The position numbers were made by a program, and so were the translations under genes. A DNA stretch of 64,000 nt from Eledone cirrhosa (lineage: Eukaryota). This document shows positions 39,400 to 53,400 of this stretch, piece after piece. A model generated the notes under the pieces. It saw only the letters and a program-made list of their open reading frames with translations, did not search any database and had not been told where the DNA came from. The DNA lies in the NCBI GenBank assembly GCA_964016885.1, contig OZ024740.1:69688001-69752000 (forward strand). Reading direction: 5' to 3'. Position 1 is the first letter of the stretch; each line of letters starts with the position of its first letter.

Positions 39400-39620
39400 A
39401 ACTATAGTAGGTAAAGTCAATTTTTTTTAATTTATTTTGAAACTTTTTCATTATTTACTAAACCTTGTTTATATTTGTTCTGGCTCGTTAATTTATTAAC
39501 CCGCCATTGAACCACACTGGCACTTGGTTGGATAATACATGCGTACCTTGGCGCCTTGTGCGTGAAGGGATGTATTTCATATATATTTATATATATATAT
39601 TAATATATATATATATATTA

Positions 39621-39652
<32 letters not shown>

Positions 39653-39688
39653 TTATATTTATATATATATTTATATATATATATATTA

Positions 39689-39729
<41 letters not shown>

Positions 39730-39803
39730 TATATGTATATTTATATATATATATTTATATATATATATTTATATATATATATATATTTACATATATATAT
39801 ATC

Positions 39804-39936
<133 letters not shown>

Positions 39937-39961
39937 TTATATATATATATATATATTTATA

Positions 39962-41032
39962 TATTGTTATACTTTGGGAGGGTCATGTTGCCTATAAGAA
40001 ACACACGCACCAGTTGCTTTCGCTTCAATTTAATTTATTAAATATTTATAAATTTACAAATTTATAAATTTCTGGTTGGTTGGTTGGTCCCACAACCAGA
40101 TAGTTGTTTATATATATATAGTCATAGTTCTTTCGTCACACACTCTGTGACCTCTTCAGTGACTGGGGATTTCTTTCTTCGTTTCTGTGCCTTTCCTTTC
40201 TTCTATCCTACGCCATTTTGTTTGTGTGTGGGTTGCGTGCTCAGTTTGCGCATGCGCCACATCCGGGTGTCTGTGTGTGTTTGTGTTCATTTTTCTATTT
40301 TTCTATTTATATTTTTTTTATTTGTTTGTTTATTTATTTATTTATTGTTGGTTGGTTGTTTGTTCTATGTGTGTGTGTGTTTTCATTTTGTGTGTGTTTT
40401 CAATTGTAAGTTGTTTGTTCGATGTGTGTGTGTGTTTTCATTTTGTCCTTAATTGTAAGATGTGATGTTGCTGTTCCACTCATATTTTTTTTTTTAAATT
40501 AAATAGAAAATATGAGTGGAACAGCAACATCACAACTTACAATTAAGGACAAAATGAAAACACACACACACATCGAACAAACAACTTACAATTGAAAACA
40601 CACACAAAATGAAAACACACACACACATAGAACAAACAACCAACCAACAATAAATAAATAAATAAACAAACAAATAAAAAAAATATAAATAGAAAAATAG
40701 AAAAATGAACACAAACACACACAGACACCCGGATGTGGCGCATGCGCAAACTGAGCACGCAACCCACACACAAACAAAATGGCGTAGGATAGAAGAAAGG
40801 AAAGGCACAGAAACGAAGAAAGAAATCCCCAGTCACTGAAGAGGTCACAGAGTGTGTGACGAAAGAACTATGACTATATATATATAAACAACTATCTGGT
40901 TGTGGAACCAACCAACCAACCAGAAATTTATAAATTTGTAAATTTATAAATATTTAATAAATTAAATTGAAGCGAAAGCAACTGGTGCGTGTGTTTCTTA
41001 TTGGCAACATGACCCTCCCAAAGTATAACAAT
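39962..41032. repeat. Near-perfect ~1.07 kb palindrome (arms ~525 bp, short spacer)
   Basis: 39962-~40490 is reverse-complementary to ~40505-41032; the ORF track shows mirror-image ORFs on the two strands. Confidence 0.92.
40831..40875 (+). ncRNA. Minimal type I hammerhead ribozyme (mirror copy on the minus strand at 40120-40164)
   Basis: AGTCA-CTGAAGA-GGTCACAGAGTGTGTGAC-GAAA-GAAC-TA-TGACT. Confidence 0.78.
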
Positions 41033-41093
41033 ATCGGTTTCAACACACGATTTCAGATAAAGAATCTTGCTAAACAAATTCAGAAACGAAATA

Positions 41094-41148
<55 letters not shown>

Positions 41149-41217
41149 ATATATATTTATATACATATATTTATATATATATATATTTATATATATATAT
41201 ACATATATATATATTTG

Positions 41218-41546
41218 TCGGTCATACTTTACCATGTAAGTCCTCCACACGATCCTCTACATATGACAGTCATTAGCAACACCATCATCATTATCATAAA
41301 CACATCGAAATCAAGAAAGACATCAAACGCAACAACAACAATATATATATATATATACATACATATATAAGCGTTTTAAAGTTTAAGGGAGATAATTCTC
41401 TCAGCTTACTATCAATACCTATTGTTGTTGTTGCGTTTGATGTCTTTCTTGATTTCGATGTGTTTATGATAATGATGATGGTGTTGCTAATGACTGTCAT
41501 ATGTAGAGGATCGTGTGGAGGACTTACATGGTAAAGTATGACCGGC
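41218..41546. repeat. Fold-back element with ~125 bp inverted arms in (TA)n
   Basis: 41218-41343 is reverse-complementary to 41421-41546. Confidence 0.85.
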
Positions 41547-41750
41547 AAATTACAGTGTCAAATTGAAATGAGAGCAAAGAGAATATTTGTGATGAAAGGA
41601 TACGTGTAAAAGCGCAGGTAAGATAATGGAGGCGAATGGTGAATGAAGGAGATTCGTGTAGGACGAAGATGAAAAAGGTAAATGTAGAAGGAGGAGGCAC
41701 CATTACAGAAGTTTGATAGAAGAATGAAAATCCATCACAGAATGTCAATG

Positions 41751-41818
<68 letters not shown>

Positions 41819-41835
41819 TGTATATATATATATTA

Positions 41836-41926
<91 letters not shown>

Positions 41927-42032
41927 TGTATATATATATATATATATATACATATATGTATATATATATATATATATATATACATATATGTATATATATT
42001 AATATATATACATGTATATATATATTTTTCTT

Positions 42033-42094
<62 letters not shown>

Positions 42095-42619
42095 TGTATA
42101 TATATATATACATATATATATGCATGTATATATACATACATACACACACATATATATATTCACATAAATATATATATACACACATATATATATAGAAATG
42201 CGTGTGTGTGTGTGCTTGTGTGTATGTGTGTGTATGTGTGTGTGTGCTTGTGTGTGTGTATGTGTGTGTGTGACGGCAAGAATATAGAAGAGGATAAAAG
42301 ACGGAAAGAAGAAAATGCGAAAGGATGTTCATGTGATAATAAAGAAAAAATACAAAGAATGAGGTTACCAAAAAATTTTAGAAGTTATTGGTTTCTACCC
42401 TAAACACATGATCAGATATTCTGGATAAGGCTGGAATCAATTATCGATTATATTGATCCCAATTCCTGAGTGGTATTTGATTTGATTTCTTCAATTCTGA
42501 AAACAAATCAGAATTCGAAAGCAGGACATAGTGAAACAAAATGTTATATTACAATGTATTGTGTCTAACACTTTCAGGAAAGGCTGCACAATGCACTTAG
42601 CATGTGAGCGGAGTTACAC

Positions 42620-42815
42620 TGAAGGCGGAGAAGTGCAATTATCTCGTGGCACGTTTCACTTGTGACCGAAAGTAGGAGTTTGAATTAAATGGAAGTATTG
42701 CAGAAGCTGGTGCTGTTCTGTGCAAGTTTCCGCAATCGGTCGTCAAAAGAGAAGAGGTAGGTGAAAAAGCCAAACTCAATCTCTTCAATTCAGTAATAAC
42801 CCCCTACACTTATGA
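42620..42815 (+). pseudogene. Old RTE-clade RT/thumb fragment
   Basis: Manual translation [51 protein letters not shown] resembles the RTE/Expander FKYLG..EI.RRI..A..LS.KAKL region. Confidence 0.6.
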
Positions 42816-42843
42816 AAATGATCACCAAGCGTAGAATGGAGAG

Positions 42844-42965
<122 letters not shown>

Positions 42966-43113
42966 ATACCGGTCATCTAATATATTGCACAAGCTAGAAT
43001 CACATCAGCAATACCATCTTAATACTCGAATCTGCACTGCCAACAAGGGAGCTGACGAGGTAAAAGTGCAAATGTCGTCGACATATGTAGCTGTGTGCCT
43101 TTTCTGCTGAATA

Positions 43114-43152
<39 letters not shown>

Positions 43153-43181
43153 CTATATGTATATATATATATGTATATATC

Positions 43182-43252
<71 letters not shown>

Positions 43253-43386
43253 ATATCTATATGTATATATATATATATATAGTATATAGCTATGTGTATA
43301 TATATATATATATATATACATACATATATACATATATATACATACATACATATATATATGTGGGTGTGCGTACATATATATATATA

Positions 43387-43439
<53 letters not shown>

Positions 43440-43912
43440 TCTTAAAGAATGTGTCACTGGGTATTTTACCTCAGTCCTTTATAGAAGTATGTTAACCTGT
43501 ATATATTCAAAATGATACAATACTTTTATTTACCTCACAAAAATATGAGATTCATCTGCTTGACATTTCGTCATGCAATATATTACCATTAGCTAGATTG
43601 TCATCTACGGATCTGTGATTCTCTAGTTCTCACTTTGTTATAAATAAACCATCAATAACCTGAATATTAGGTATTGTAAAGGCGTTTTTATTGGGTATAT
43701 ATTTCTGCACTAATGTCTGTGTTTCTTGAATAAAATTAATTTTGTATGAGAATGCATTGAATGTTTAGGAACGTATGAGATCGTGCCGGAGGTGTGTGTG
43801 TAAGGGATACTGAAAGGAAAATATGAGAAAATAGGTGCTTTGTGTGTGTGTCTGCTTAAGATGCGGATGCAGTTCGTAGTAGTCCAATATAAATCTTGTC
43901 TACCATTATGAT

Positions 43913-44102
43913 AATTGTTTCTACTTTATGCACAAGGCCAGCAATTACCCAGTACATTACTGGTACTTTATTTTATCGACCCTGTAAGGATGAAAGGCAA
44001 AGTTAACCTCGGCGGGATTTGAACTCAGATCATAAAGGGCCGTAACTCTTTGCTGCAAAGAATGGCGTCCGACCCTCTACCGATACTGCCAATCCATCGC
44101 CA
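43913..44102 (-). mobile_element. tRNA-derived SINE, near full length
   Basis: B-box GAGTTCAAATCCCGCC; colinear with 1343-1530. Confidence 0.82.
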
Positions 44103-44141
44103 TTATGATAATGATATTATACACACACACACACACATATA

Positions 44142-44219
<78 letters not shown>

Positions 44220-44221
44220 TA

Positions 44222-44412
44222 TAACGAAGGAAGTGTGGTAGGGAACCTGCTGGACCATAACGCACCAGAGTACTCGGTACTATGGGTAGTAGAGTGGGTA
44301 ATAGGAAAAGAGTCAGGGCCTCGACGGCTGAGCTCCGGCCGTTTCGACAACTCAGAACTAGCTGTCGAAACGGTCGGAGCTCGGCCGTCGGGGTCCTGCC
44401 TCTTTCCCTATA
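44222..44412. repeat. GC-rich fold-back element in (TA)n
   Basis: 44300-44350 pairs with 44360-44410 (GACGGCTGAGCTCCGGCCGTTTCGACA / TGTCGAAACGGTCGGAGCTCGGCCGTC). Confidence 0.75.
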
Positions 44413-44867
44413 TATCTATATATATATATATGTACACTTATGTGTGTGTGTGTATATATATATATATAGACATTAGCACAAACGCGCATCCAAACACAGA
44501 GTTGACGCCTTTGTGACTCGCAACGAACAGAAATACAACTAAATATCATATGACATTTGCTGGTATTTCATTGCCGTATGCTCCCACACATACACTCAAG
44601 TAGGCTTAATTCTTTCTCTGACTACCTCTTCTTAAGTTCTTGTGTGTGTTATATATGTTTGCATGTGGGTGTGTAAGTATTTATGTATGTACGTATGTAT
44701 TTATGTATGTATGTATTTATGTAAGTATGTATGTATCTATGAATGCATGCATGCATGTGTGCATGTATAAATGTATGTATGCATGGACGTATGTATGTGT
44801 ATATGAATGCATGATTGCATGCGGGTATGTTAGTATGTTTGTGTGTATGTATGTAAGTATGTATGTA

Positions 44868-45463
44868 TTATATCAGGTCACCAGTTGGTGCTACTGGTAA
44901 CATGTATCTCATGGTCGGGTCGTTGGCGACTAAACTGGCAACCCCACCAAGGTTTCTTGGTGAGGAGGGTGACTTTGGACATCCTGCAGGACTAAAAACA
45001 AAACCTGTCAAAGGGCAAAGGAGCTCTTAAGAATCAATGGCCATCCAAAATCACCGGGAGAGATGACCCCTTAGCCTTTGTCAAGGCAGAATTCTAGGAG
45101 AAGGAAAACTCTGATATAACACCTGCAATCCTGATGGTATCCAATTATGTTGACTTGTTCTTCTTTTTGGTAAATATCATCTTGGTTAAGAGAGTGGGAC
45201 TGGCTTTGTGCAGTGCCTTTGCTCACTATAAAAGCTTCACGGCACAGGCATTGCTTTATATCTGGAGATCTCTGCACTTGTCGTCACATGGTACCATGGG
45301 CCCAGCACTATGTGTCAATAATTGTCACAAGTGTAGTGTTTGTACCAGAGTTTTCAAGTCGCTGGCTGGACTAAAAAGTCACACTCATTCAGCGCACCGG
45401 TAAGGGTTCTCCTACATGGATATAAAGTAGTGGCCGTACTCGAAAACGAGTTGGCAGCCACCA
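44868..45463 (+). mobile_element. RTE-derived non-autonomous element, copy 4, with (ATGT)n tail
   Basis: Reverse complement of 20089-20700; encodes CSVCTRVFKSLAGLKSHTHSAHR. Confidence 0.8.
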
Positions 45464-45533
45464 TGTATGTATGTATATATATATATATGTGTATATGTAT
45501 ATATGTGTGTATGTATGTATATATATATATGTG

Positions 45534-45565
<32 letters not shown>

Positions 45566-45752
45566 TGTATGTATGTATGTATGTATGTGTATATGTAGGT
45601 ATGTGCCACGTAATGAAGCAATAATGGCCACGCCAGCAGTACCAATTTTGAAAATTGAGACGCCACGGGTGAATGAATATTGTGAGGATCTCTAGACTGA
45701 AGTGTCGGATGTTCATATCCTGTACAGTGTCACTCGCCATAAAGCTCGTTAA

Positions 45753-45882
45753 TAATTGTTTCTACCTTTGGCACAAGGCCAGCAATTACTCAGTACTTTA
45801 TTTTATCGACCTCGTAAGGATGAAAGGCAAAGTTAACCTCGGCGGGATTTGAACTCAGAATGGTAAGGGCCGTAACTCTATG
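45753..45882 (-). mobile_element. tRNA-derived SINE (truncated)
   Basis: Identity to 43913-44102. Confidence 0.78.
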
Positions 45883-46009
45883 CTCGTTAATAATGAAGCG
45901 AAACAAGGTGTGACAACGTCTACCATTCTACTATCTCAGCTACTGCTGAGGGAGTCGATGAAGGGAGAATCAATATGGAGTGAAATATACATATATGTTG
46001 TAGTGGCAA

Positions 46010-46120
46010 AGGAGGAGAAGGAGAAGGAGGGAGAGGAGGAGGTAGTGAGAATGAGGGGGAAGAAGAAGAAGAAGAAGAAGAAGAAGAAGAAGAAGAAGAA
46101 GAAGATGAAGAAGAAGAAGA
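46010..46120. repeat. (GAA)n / purine-rich repeat
   Basis: Direct inspection. Confidence 0.9.
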
Positions 46121-46519
46121 ATGTGTGTGTGTTGCTTTTTTAAATAGACGATAACATTTATCTCGTTTGTGTCTCCAGAATTCTTTTTTGATTTGTCTAT
46201 TTTGGGAGTAATGATGAGTAATTTAGGGAATAATATCAATATTATTTACCACAATACATTGTCAATCAATCTTTATTTTTCTCAACTTAGTGAGATATAT
46301 TGTTGATTTGAATCATCCATTTATAGTTAACAAACGTTGGGTGATTAATACTATTCGTTTCAGTGTCGATAATGGTATGAAGAAAACGGAGCTCTGATTT
46401 TCATCTTATTTTTCCGTTGTATTTCTTTGCTATTTTTTCTCTATAAATAAATGAGCATATACTATGATAAACACGACAAACTAAAACGCAGGTGATCTAT
46501 ATATATATATATATATGTG

Positions 46520-46745
<226 letters not shown>

Positions 46746-46930
46746 TTGGTAAACGGAATAGAAAATGCTGACAAATTGTTCACAGTGAAAAATAGTTTAA
46801 TTAGGAATAAGTGATAATTGGTAATAGTATTGGTTAGTATTAAGTCTTGGTTTTAAGTTTTACCGGTTGCGCATTTCTAATGCTTTTCAAAAATAATTTT
46901 GAGATAGAGCGTCCGTGATGTTTGCTCTGA

Positions 46931-46979
<49 letters not shown>

Positions 46980-47089
46980 GCCATGTACTTTCCTGTCGAT
47001 TTCGACGTACGAAGGCCCAACAGCCATTCAGTTTGTATTTTTCTGTCATATATGACATTTCAGTCGGAAATCGGGATCAGTTAATAAAT

Positions 47090-47250
47090 ACTTAAGACTT
47101 AAGTCTTCCTCAGACCATCAATACATCCAGTAGCGAGATTCAGCCATTTCAGGCGATTAGTTTGGTTGTTGCTCCACGCCATACGAAATAACATTCATCT
47201 TCTGTAGATCCTCCTGGAATCGTTAGCGCCATGTCTTCTTTGGCCTAGAA
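47090..47250 (-). pseudogene. Old RTE LINE 3' end
   Basis: Minus strand RPKKTWR*RFQEDLQKM..NRLKWLNL..C followed by a TAAGTC-like tail. Confidence 0.55.
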
Positions 47251-47405
47251 AGTTCTACGCCACGCTTTGTTGGGTTTAATGAAATCCGAAAACAGAGCTA
47301 ATAGATGATGAAAACCGAGCTAATACATGACATCGAACCTGAATGAATGAGAAGCAAAACCCTACAATAGAAGAAATTAAATGTGGAATAATTAGCCTGA
47401 ATTGA

Positions 47406-47457
<52 letters not shown>

Positions 47458-48639
47458 ATAAATAAATAAATAAATAAATAAATAATAGAAAGAAAGAAAG
47501 GTTCTAGTGTATATAGATTACTCATTCTAGGTATTCTGCCAGTACTATTATATGTTGTGGACGCTGAACGAATTCACAACAAGGCTCTGCACAAATAAGA
47601 TTTGAACTTAAATTAAGTAACTAGAATTAAGAGAAGAAATAGTGTTCTATTGCATTTAGATTTGTCATTCTACACTTTCTGTCAGTACATCAATATTAGT
47701 GAGGAAAACCATAAATAAATAAATTAGGACTTTTAAATGGTTTTAGATAGGCTAGTCGTCTTTATGTAAGCTGTTTGCTCCCTACGAACTACTCTAGTGG
47801 AATCAAACTGTAAAACTTTCTTCCTCTACAGTCTGTTTTCTTTCTAGAAAGTTTTTAGTTACTTTTTTTCTCTCTCTTTCTGTATTATAGAAATTTAGTC
47901 TCAGACTAAAATTACCGAAAAATGCAATCAAATACTTCCAAGACGTAGATAAGAGGCTATGGGTATATAATTTGCATGACCTTCACGCATCAGTGAAACA
48001 GATTTTAATAACATTTGACATCTTAGGAAGAAGAATGGTAATATAGAATTAAAAGCTGCTTTTCACAAGAGAAAATGTTTCTCCATTTGCTTTTGGTTTT
48101 TGTCTATATTGTCCACGTCTTTTTTCTTTATATTTTCTTTCTTTTTGTGAGTTTTTCGGAGATTTTTTTTTCCACTAAAAATGTTGGCAGATTTGATTTC
48201 AAGTTAGCAGACATAGGAATGAGTATCGAGGATTAAATCACCACTATCTCGAAGAAAATGTTGGCGTGTTGTTAAGAAAAAAAGCGGTGGATTCGTGGCA
48301 TAGTTGGAGAGAAAAAAGGACTATAGTACATTTCAACAATCTGCTAACGATTGTAATGTTGAGGAAATAGAAATGGTAGGAAAGAGAAATAGAAAGAGGG
48401 AGAGATATAAATGTGAAACAGAGAAATTAATGACATGGAGGGAGGAAAGATGTAGTCTGAGGAATTGTAAAGAGAATAAGTTGTTAAATTGTAGAGAAAA
48501 CAAAATTCAATCATACACTCACATGAACACATAAGCACACACACACGCGCGTGCATACACACACACACATATATATATAGAGATATAGATATACATATAT
48601 ATATATATGTATGTCTGCTCGATTTTTATAAAGAGATTT

Positions 48640-48900
48640 ATAATAAAAGTTCTGTCAAAATATCGGCCATTCTTTGATAGGTTTGTGGTTGAACATGTTA
48701 CAGAGGAGACTCCCAGTGTTCTTGCGCCCCGCACCACATCCCTACTCACTGCTATCGGAGTGGAGCTGGCTGCCCGCAAATGCGAGCTCCGCAAAATGGA
48801 GTGGATGTTCCAGGACATCTCCCTCGTTGTCCTCCGGAGCAATGTATTCCCCTCCCCATCCTGTCGGCCGGGACCACGAGGCAGACGACATATTACGGTA
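48640..48900 (+). pseudogene. 3' end of a CRE-like RLE non-LTR retrotransposon
   Basis: KVLSKY..F..EHVTEETPSVLAP..LLTAIG.ELA..EWMFQDISLVVLRSN resembles the K..KY..F.P.A.ET.G..FQR.S..QRGN terminus of CRE elements. Confidence 0.55.
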
Positions 48901-48911
48901 AGTGTAGGGTC

Positions 48912-49052
48912 CCAGTGCATTATTGTTTTTATTTTAGCAACCCCGTAAGGATGAAATGCAAAGTTAACCTCGGCAAGATTCGAACTCAGACCGTAAAGGG
49001 CCGTAACTCTATGCTGAAAAAGCATGATCCGACTCTCTACAGATACTACTAA
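48912..49052 (-). mobile_element. tRNA-derived SINE
   Basis: Identity to the family; B-box GAGTTCGAATC. Confidence 0.75.
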
Positions 49053-49599
49053 TCCAGACGCACACTCACACAACAAAATATGAAATATTGTGAAATTTAC
49101 CAAGTTAACAAATAACAACTTGTCAGATTTTCTGAAAGCATTGACAAGGGGTTCAAATAATACCTCATCACCTTCCATCACGTTTTCGTATATATTAACA
49201 CCACACTACAACTGAAAACTGATACGTCAATGACAAGACCACCAAAGCCTCGTTTCGATTCTGGTTACCACCCGATGACAAGGGGAAATATAAGATGAAT
49301 GTTTTCTGATTCTCTGACTTTCTAGAACTCATCGAAAAGAATTGCATCGACATTTTATGTAGAAATATAATAATATAGTTATTATTTGGACATAGTGTAT
49401 TCAGTAAATTGCGATTATCTTGTTTATTTGCAAGTAGTTGCCAAAACACTATACAATACAATTCTCAGAAAGGGTAACCTTGAGAATAAACTTATAAAAA
49501 GTTAGAGTAATGTAAAAGACATATGCATACATAATATGAAAAGAGCACTGACGAAATGTTCTATCACAACACCAACAAAATGCAATCATAACAGGCCAC

Positions 49600-49905
49600 A
49601 CAAAAGGAGAACATTTAGGTTGAACTAATGAGGAATCAGCAGATACTCCACCCTGGCTATATTTTTAGATGTCTACATGTGATAATTGGGGCTCTTGGTT
49701 ATGTTACTAACTGCTTTAGTACAAATCTTAAGACGCTGGTTTTCACAGAACCAGAAAGGGCAGGGCTACACACATACATACAGACATATTTGCCTTATTG
49801 ATGGAGTCTAAATTACAATGAAAGAATCTTGGTTCGATGTTAAAAACTGACTCTCTATATTGGTAAAAATTCATAAAATAATAAAACCAGAACATACATA
49901 CATAA
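49600..49905 (+). mobile_element. R4/Dong-like 3' fragment (same family as 19200-20075)
   Basis: ELMRNQQILHPGYIFR..VIIGALGYVTNC; ends ATAAAACCAGAA followed by CATACATA. Confidence 0.65.
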
Positions 49906-50179
49906 TGGCTGGAAGACTCAAGCTGGACCCACAAAAAGACGGATTCCAATTTTACCAGGCTCTATCGCTGAGAGAGGTTCGCCCATTGAGTAAAACATAG
50001 GATGAGCGACAGATTTAATCTGGTACAAATAAGTCCACGCAGTTTTTCAATGGTATCAGGTCAGTTATTGAACCTTCAAATTCAATTTCATTCACTACAT
50101 TCCTTGAACTAATCTTCGTTCGTTAGAGACAAACTGTACATCAACTTCCAATAGAGAGAGCATTCCAGTCAACTTCTGA

Positions 50180-50281
<102 letters not shown>

Positions 50282-50495
50282 TTCTTTATTTACCATAAAG
50301 GCATAAAAAGAAGGGACAAATACAAAGGGGGAGTTTACATATAATCGAGTAAAAAGGGTGTAACATGAAAATAATCGAAAATAACCTCAAAAGGGAGGGG
50401 ACGTGATGGGGGTTGCACACACCCCCGAAAAAGTGTGCAATCCTTTGCCCGGGGAGCACATGGAGAAGGTGCTCCCCTCTCCTTTACTTCTTTAC

Positions 50496-53400
50496 CTACA
50501 GGATGGTATACAGAGAAGGCCCATTTACACGAGCCATTCTCGCCACTATCACCCACCTTTCATAAAACTGCCTGTGGCCAAGCACCTCTCTCTCCATTCT
50601 TATCCTTCTTCCGAAGTGATATCGGAAGAAGTAGACCAGACTATGGCCAGAGAGGAAGTTGCCTGACCTCAGACCTTTCAATCGTGTCCACCAAATAACC
50701 TCTTTCAACATGGCTATTACGCACAGAAAAACCGCCTTTGCTTCCTTTGTGAAGAGGGGAGGCGGTTTGATTGTCATCCCGGACTCGGCGGTCAATTTAA
50801 TCGGCGCCACCCGCGACAGCAGTCGTTCGGCGTAGCCCCACAGATCAGCCACGCCCGGACATTGCACCAATGCGTGCGCAACGGTTTCTTCGTGACGCAC
50901 GCATCTAGGGCAAATCTTTTTTGAGGGATCCCTGCCCGGGCGCCCGTGTCTGTAGAGCCTCTCTCGAACGGGTAGAGCCCCCCGGTAGCACTGCCAGGCC
51001 AGTGACTTCTGGAAGTTGTCCATTGGTCCTGGGCCGAAAGTCCTAACGAACAGGCTGGCCAGTTCGTCTTCTTCCATGTCCAGCGACTCTCCAAGGGTGT
51101 CATCGCCCCTGCTAGCCACCAGCCCTCTATAGAATGCTGAGGTGGATTCTCCACCGATGGCTTGGCCCGCTTGCCAGAGAGCCCTGAGCGCCTGAGCACA
51201 CTCAGTGTGCCAGTCTCCCAGTTTTCCGGATCTTTGCTTGACCCAGGACTGTAGCTCGGTGAGCGAGACGAGTCTCGGAAAGGCTCGTTTCACGAACGGA
51301 GCCCACACCGGTTGACCAGTGAGGAATACCTGTAGGTGCCGTAGCCTTAATGCGTGCCTACGCATCATCAACCACGGCATCCCCAGCCCTCCTTTCGAAG
51401 GTTGTTGGCAGCAGATGGATCTTCTCACCATAGGAGGACGCTTCTTCCAAAGAAATTGGAAGAGCATGCGTTCCATGGTGGTGGGTGTTTCCTTAGGGCA
51501 AGGCACGACAGTCAGGCGGTAGTAAGTGACGGACGCTATGTAAATGTTCGCCACCTCCGCCCGGCCTTTTAGGGACAGCTTACACTTGGCCCATTTCTGG
51601 GTTAGTGCAAACACCTTGTTCGTAACCTCGTTCCAGTTCTTTTCCACCTGGAGGTCCTGTCCAAACCAGACCCCAAGCAACTTTACCGGGCCCTCCGTCC
51701 AGTGTCCGACGACACCGTTAGGAGGCATCGGTCTGCCTCTCCACGTTCCGAGTTGCAGCCCGATGGATTTTTCCCGGTTCAGTTTCGCTCCTGACAACCT
51801 TTCGTACTCCTCCAGTAAGGTACTGATCGCCTCGATCTCTGAGTCGGTTGATACCATTACTATTACGTCATCGGCGTAGGCCTACACCGCTTTGCTCAAT
51901 CCTGGTTCCAGGGGGATACCCTGCAACAACTCCAACTTCCTCAGTAAAGGCTGGAGAGTCAATACGTACAGAAGGGAGGAGAGAGGGCACCCCTGTCGAA
52001 TGGATCGTGTGATTTTGAACGGCTTCGAGAGGTAGCCGTTCACCTTGATCCTAGAACAGATGTGGTTGCTATGTAGGGCAGTGATCCAGCCTCTGAAAAC
52101 AGGACCGAACCCAGCCGCCGCTAGCACCGCATCCAGGTAACCATGGTCGACCCTATCGAAAGCCTTAGACTGATCTAAGTTGATCAGGGCCCCACCGAAG
52201 CCGGGTTTGTTGCCAACCCTCTCTATGATGTATCGCATGAGGTGGAGGTTATCGTGAATGGACCTGGATGGGATAGCACATGTCTGCACATCTGCCACCA
52301 GGCCACCCACGACAAGCGCCAACCTCTTTGCTAACACCTTGGCCAAAATCTTTAACTCTGTGTTTAGCAGGGTTATGGGCCGAAAATTATTTATATTATC
52401 CCCCTTGTTCTCGTCCTTCCTCACCAGCGTGACTACGCCCTTGGCTACAGAACAAGGAATTCTCCCGTTCTGCTGCCAATTGCAGTAGACCGCTTCGAGG
52501 AGTTCGGAGAAGAAGACCGGCATTGCTAAATAAAGTTCGTAAGGTATACCATCGAGACCTGGAGATTTGCGTCTGCTGCATTGGCTCAGCGCATCTCCGA
52601 TCTCATCAGCCGAGATTGGTCCCTCGCAGGACTCTGCCTCTTCGTTCGAGAGACGCGGCAGGCCGTCGAGGTATGGACCGAAATCCACGCCCCCGCCCGG
52701 ACCCTCGCCTCCCCCGAACAATCGGGCAAAGTGCCTTTGAAAGGCCTCGCACATCTGCTTAGGCTCCCGGATCACCCGTCCATCTTCGTCTTGCAACGAC
52801 CGGATGGTGGATCGATTTCCACTCTTAGCTTCTGTCACGCGGGCCCATCCAACGGCTTTGGCCCGCTCATTACCTAGAGCACGTATTTTACTTCGAATGA
52901 CGCAGCCTTCGTGCTTTGCATCGAAAAACTGGTTCAAGGCCGTCCTCGATGCCAGCACTCTGGCCACATCTTCGCTCTTGATTGCCTCTTCCAATTTACC
53001 TGTTAATTCTTTCTCGTTTCTATTCCTATCGGCAGCTAACATCTTGCTATAACTTATTGATTCTGTTCTAATCTCTCTTTTGAGAGATGCCCACCATCGG
53101 TTGTTGACGATTGCACCCGTCAACCTCTCCTTAACTAATCTGCTAATCCGGTTTCTGTAAGTCTCTTTTGCCGGTAAAGACAAATTAAGTTTCCAGTAAC
53201 CGGGACCCTGTCTATGTGTTTTCTCGAGATTGACCACGCAGGTCACTAATTTGTGATCCGTGTAGCCAACCGTGCGCATTTCTGGACAGCTTAATATGTC
53301 CCTATCCTTACTTCTAACTAAGAATCTATCTAAGTACGATCTAGATTGACCACTGTGGTTTCTCCAAGTCCAGGTAGGCACAGTTGGAAAATCTAATCGA

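Larger units (their letters stand above)
38628..39570. mobile_element. Non-coding PLE-like element: inverted repeat, then partial direct repeat, spacer and full repeat
   Basis: 38628-38925 is the reverse complement of ~39168-39471; 38917-39090 is a direct repeat of ~39407-39580; flanked by (TA)n. Confidence 0.8.

Noticed and set aside
40084-40911. Identical hydrophobic 122 aa ORFs on both strands
   Set aside because: A by-product of a T/G-rich low-complexity palindrome
51880-51886. Programmed stop read-through in Tx1 ORF2
   Set aside because: Sister copies have TCG at this codon, so it is a simple nonsense mutation or sequencing error
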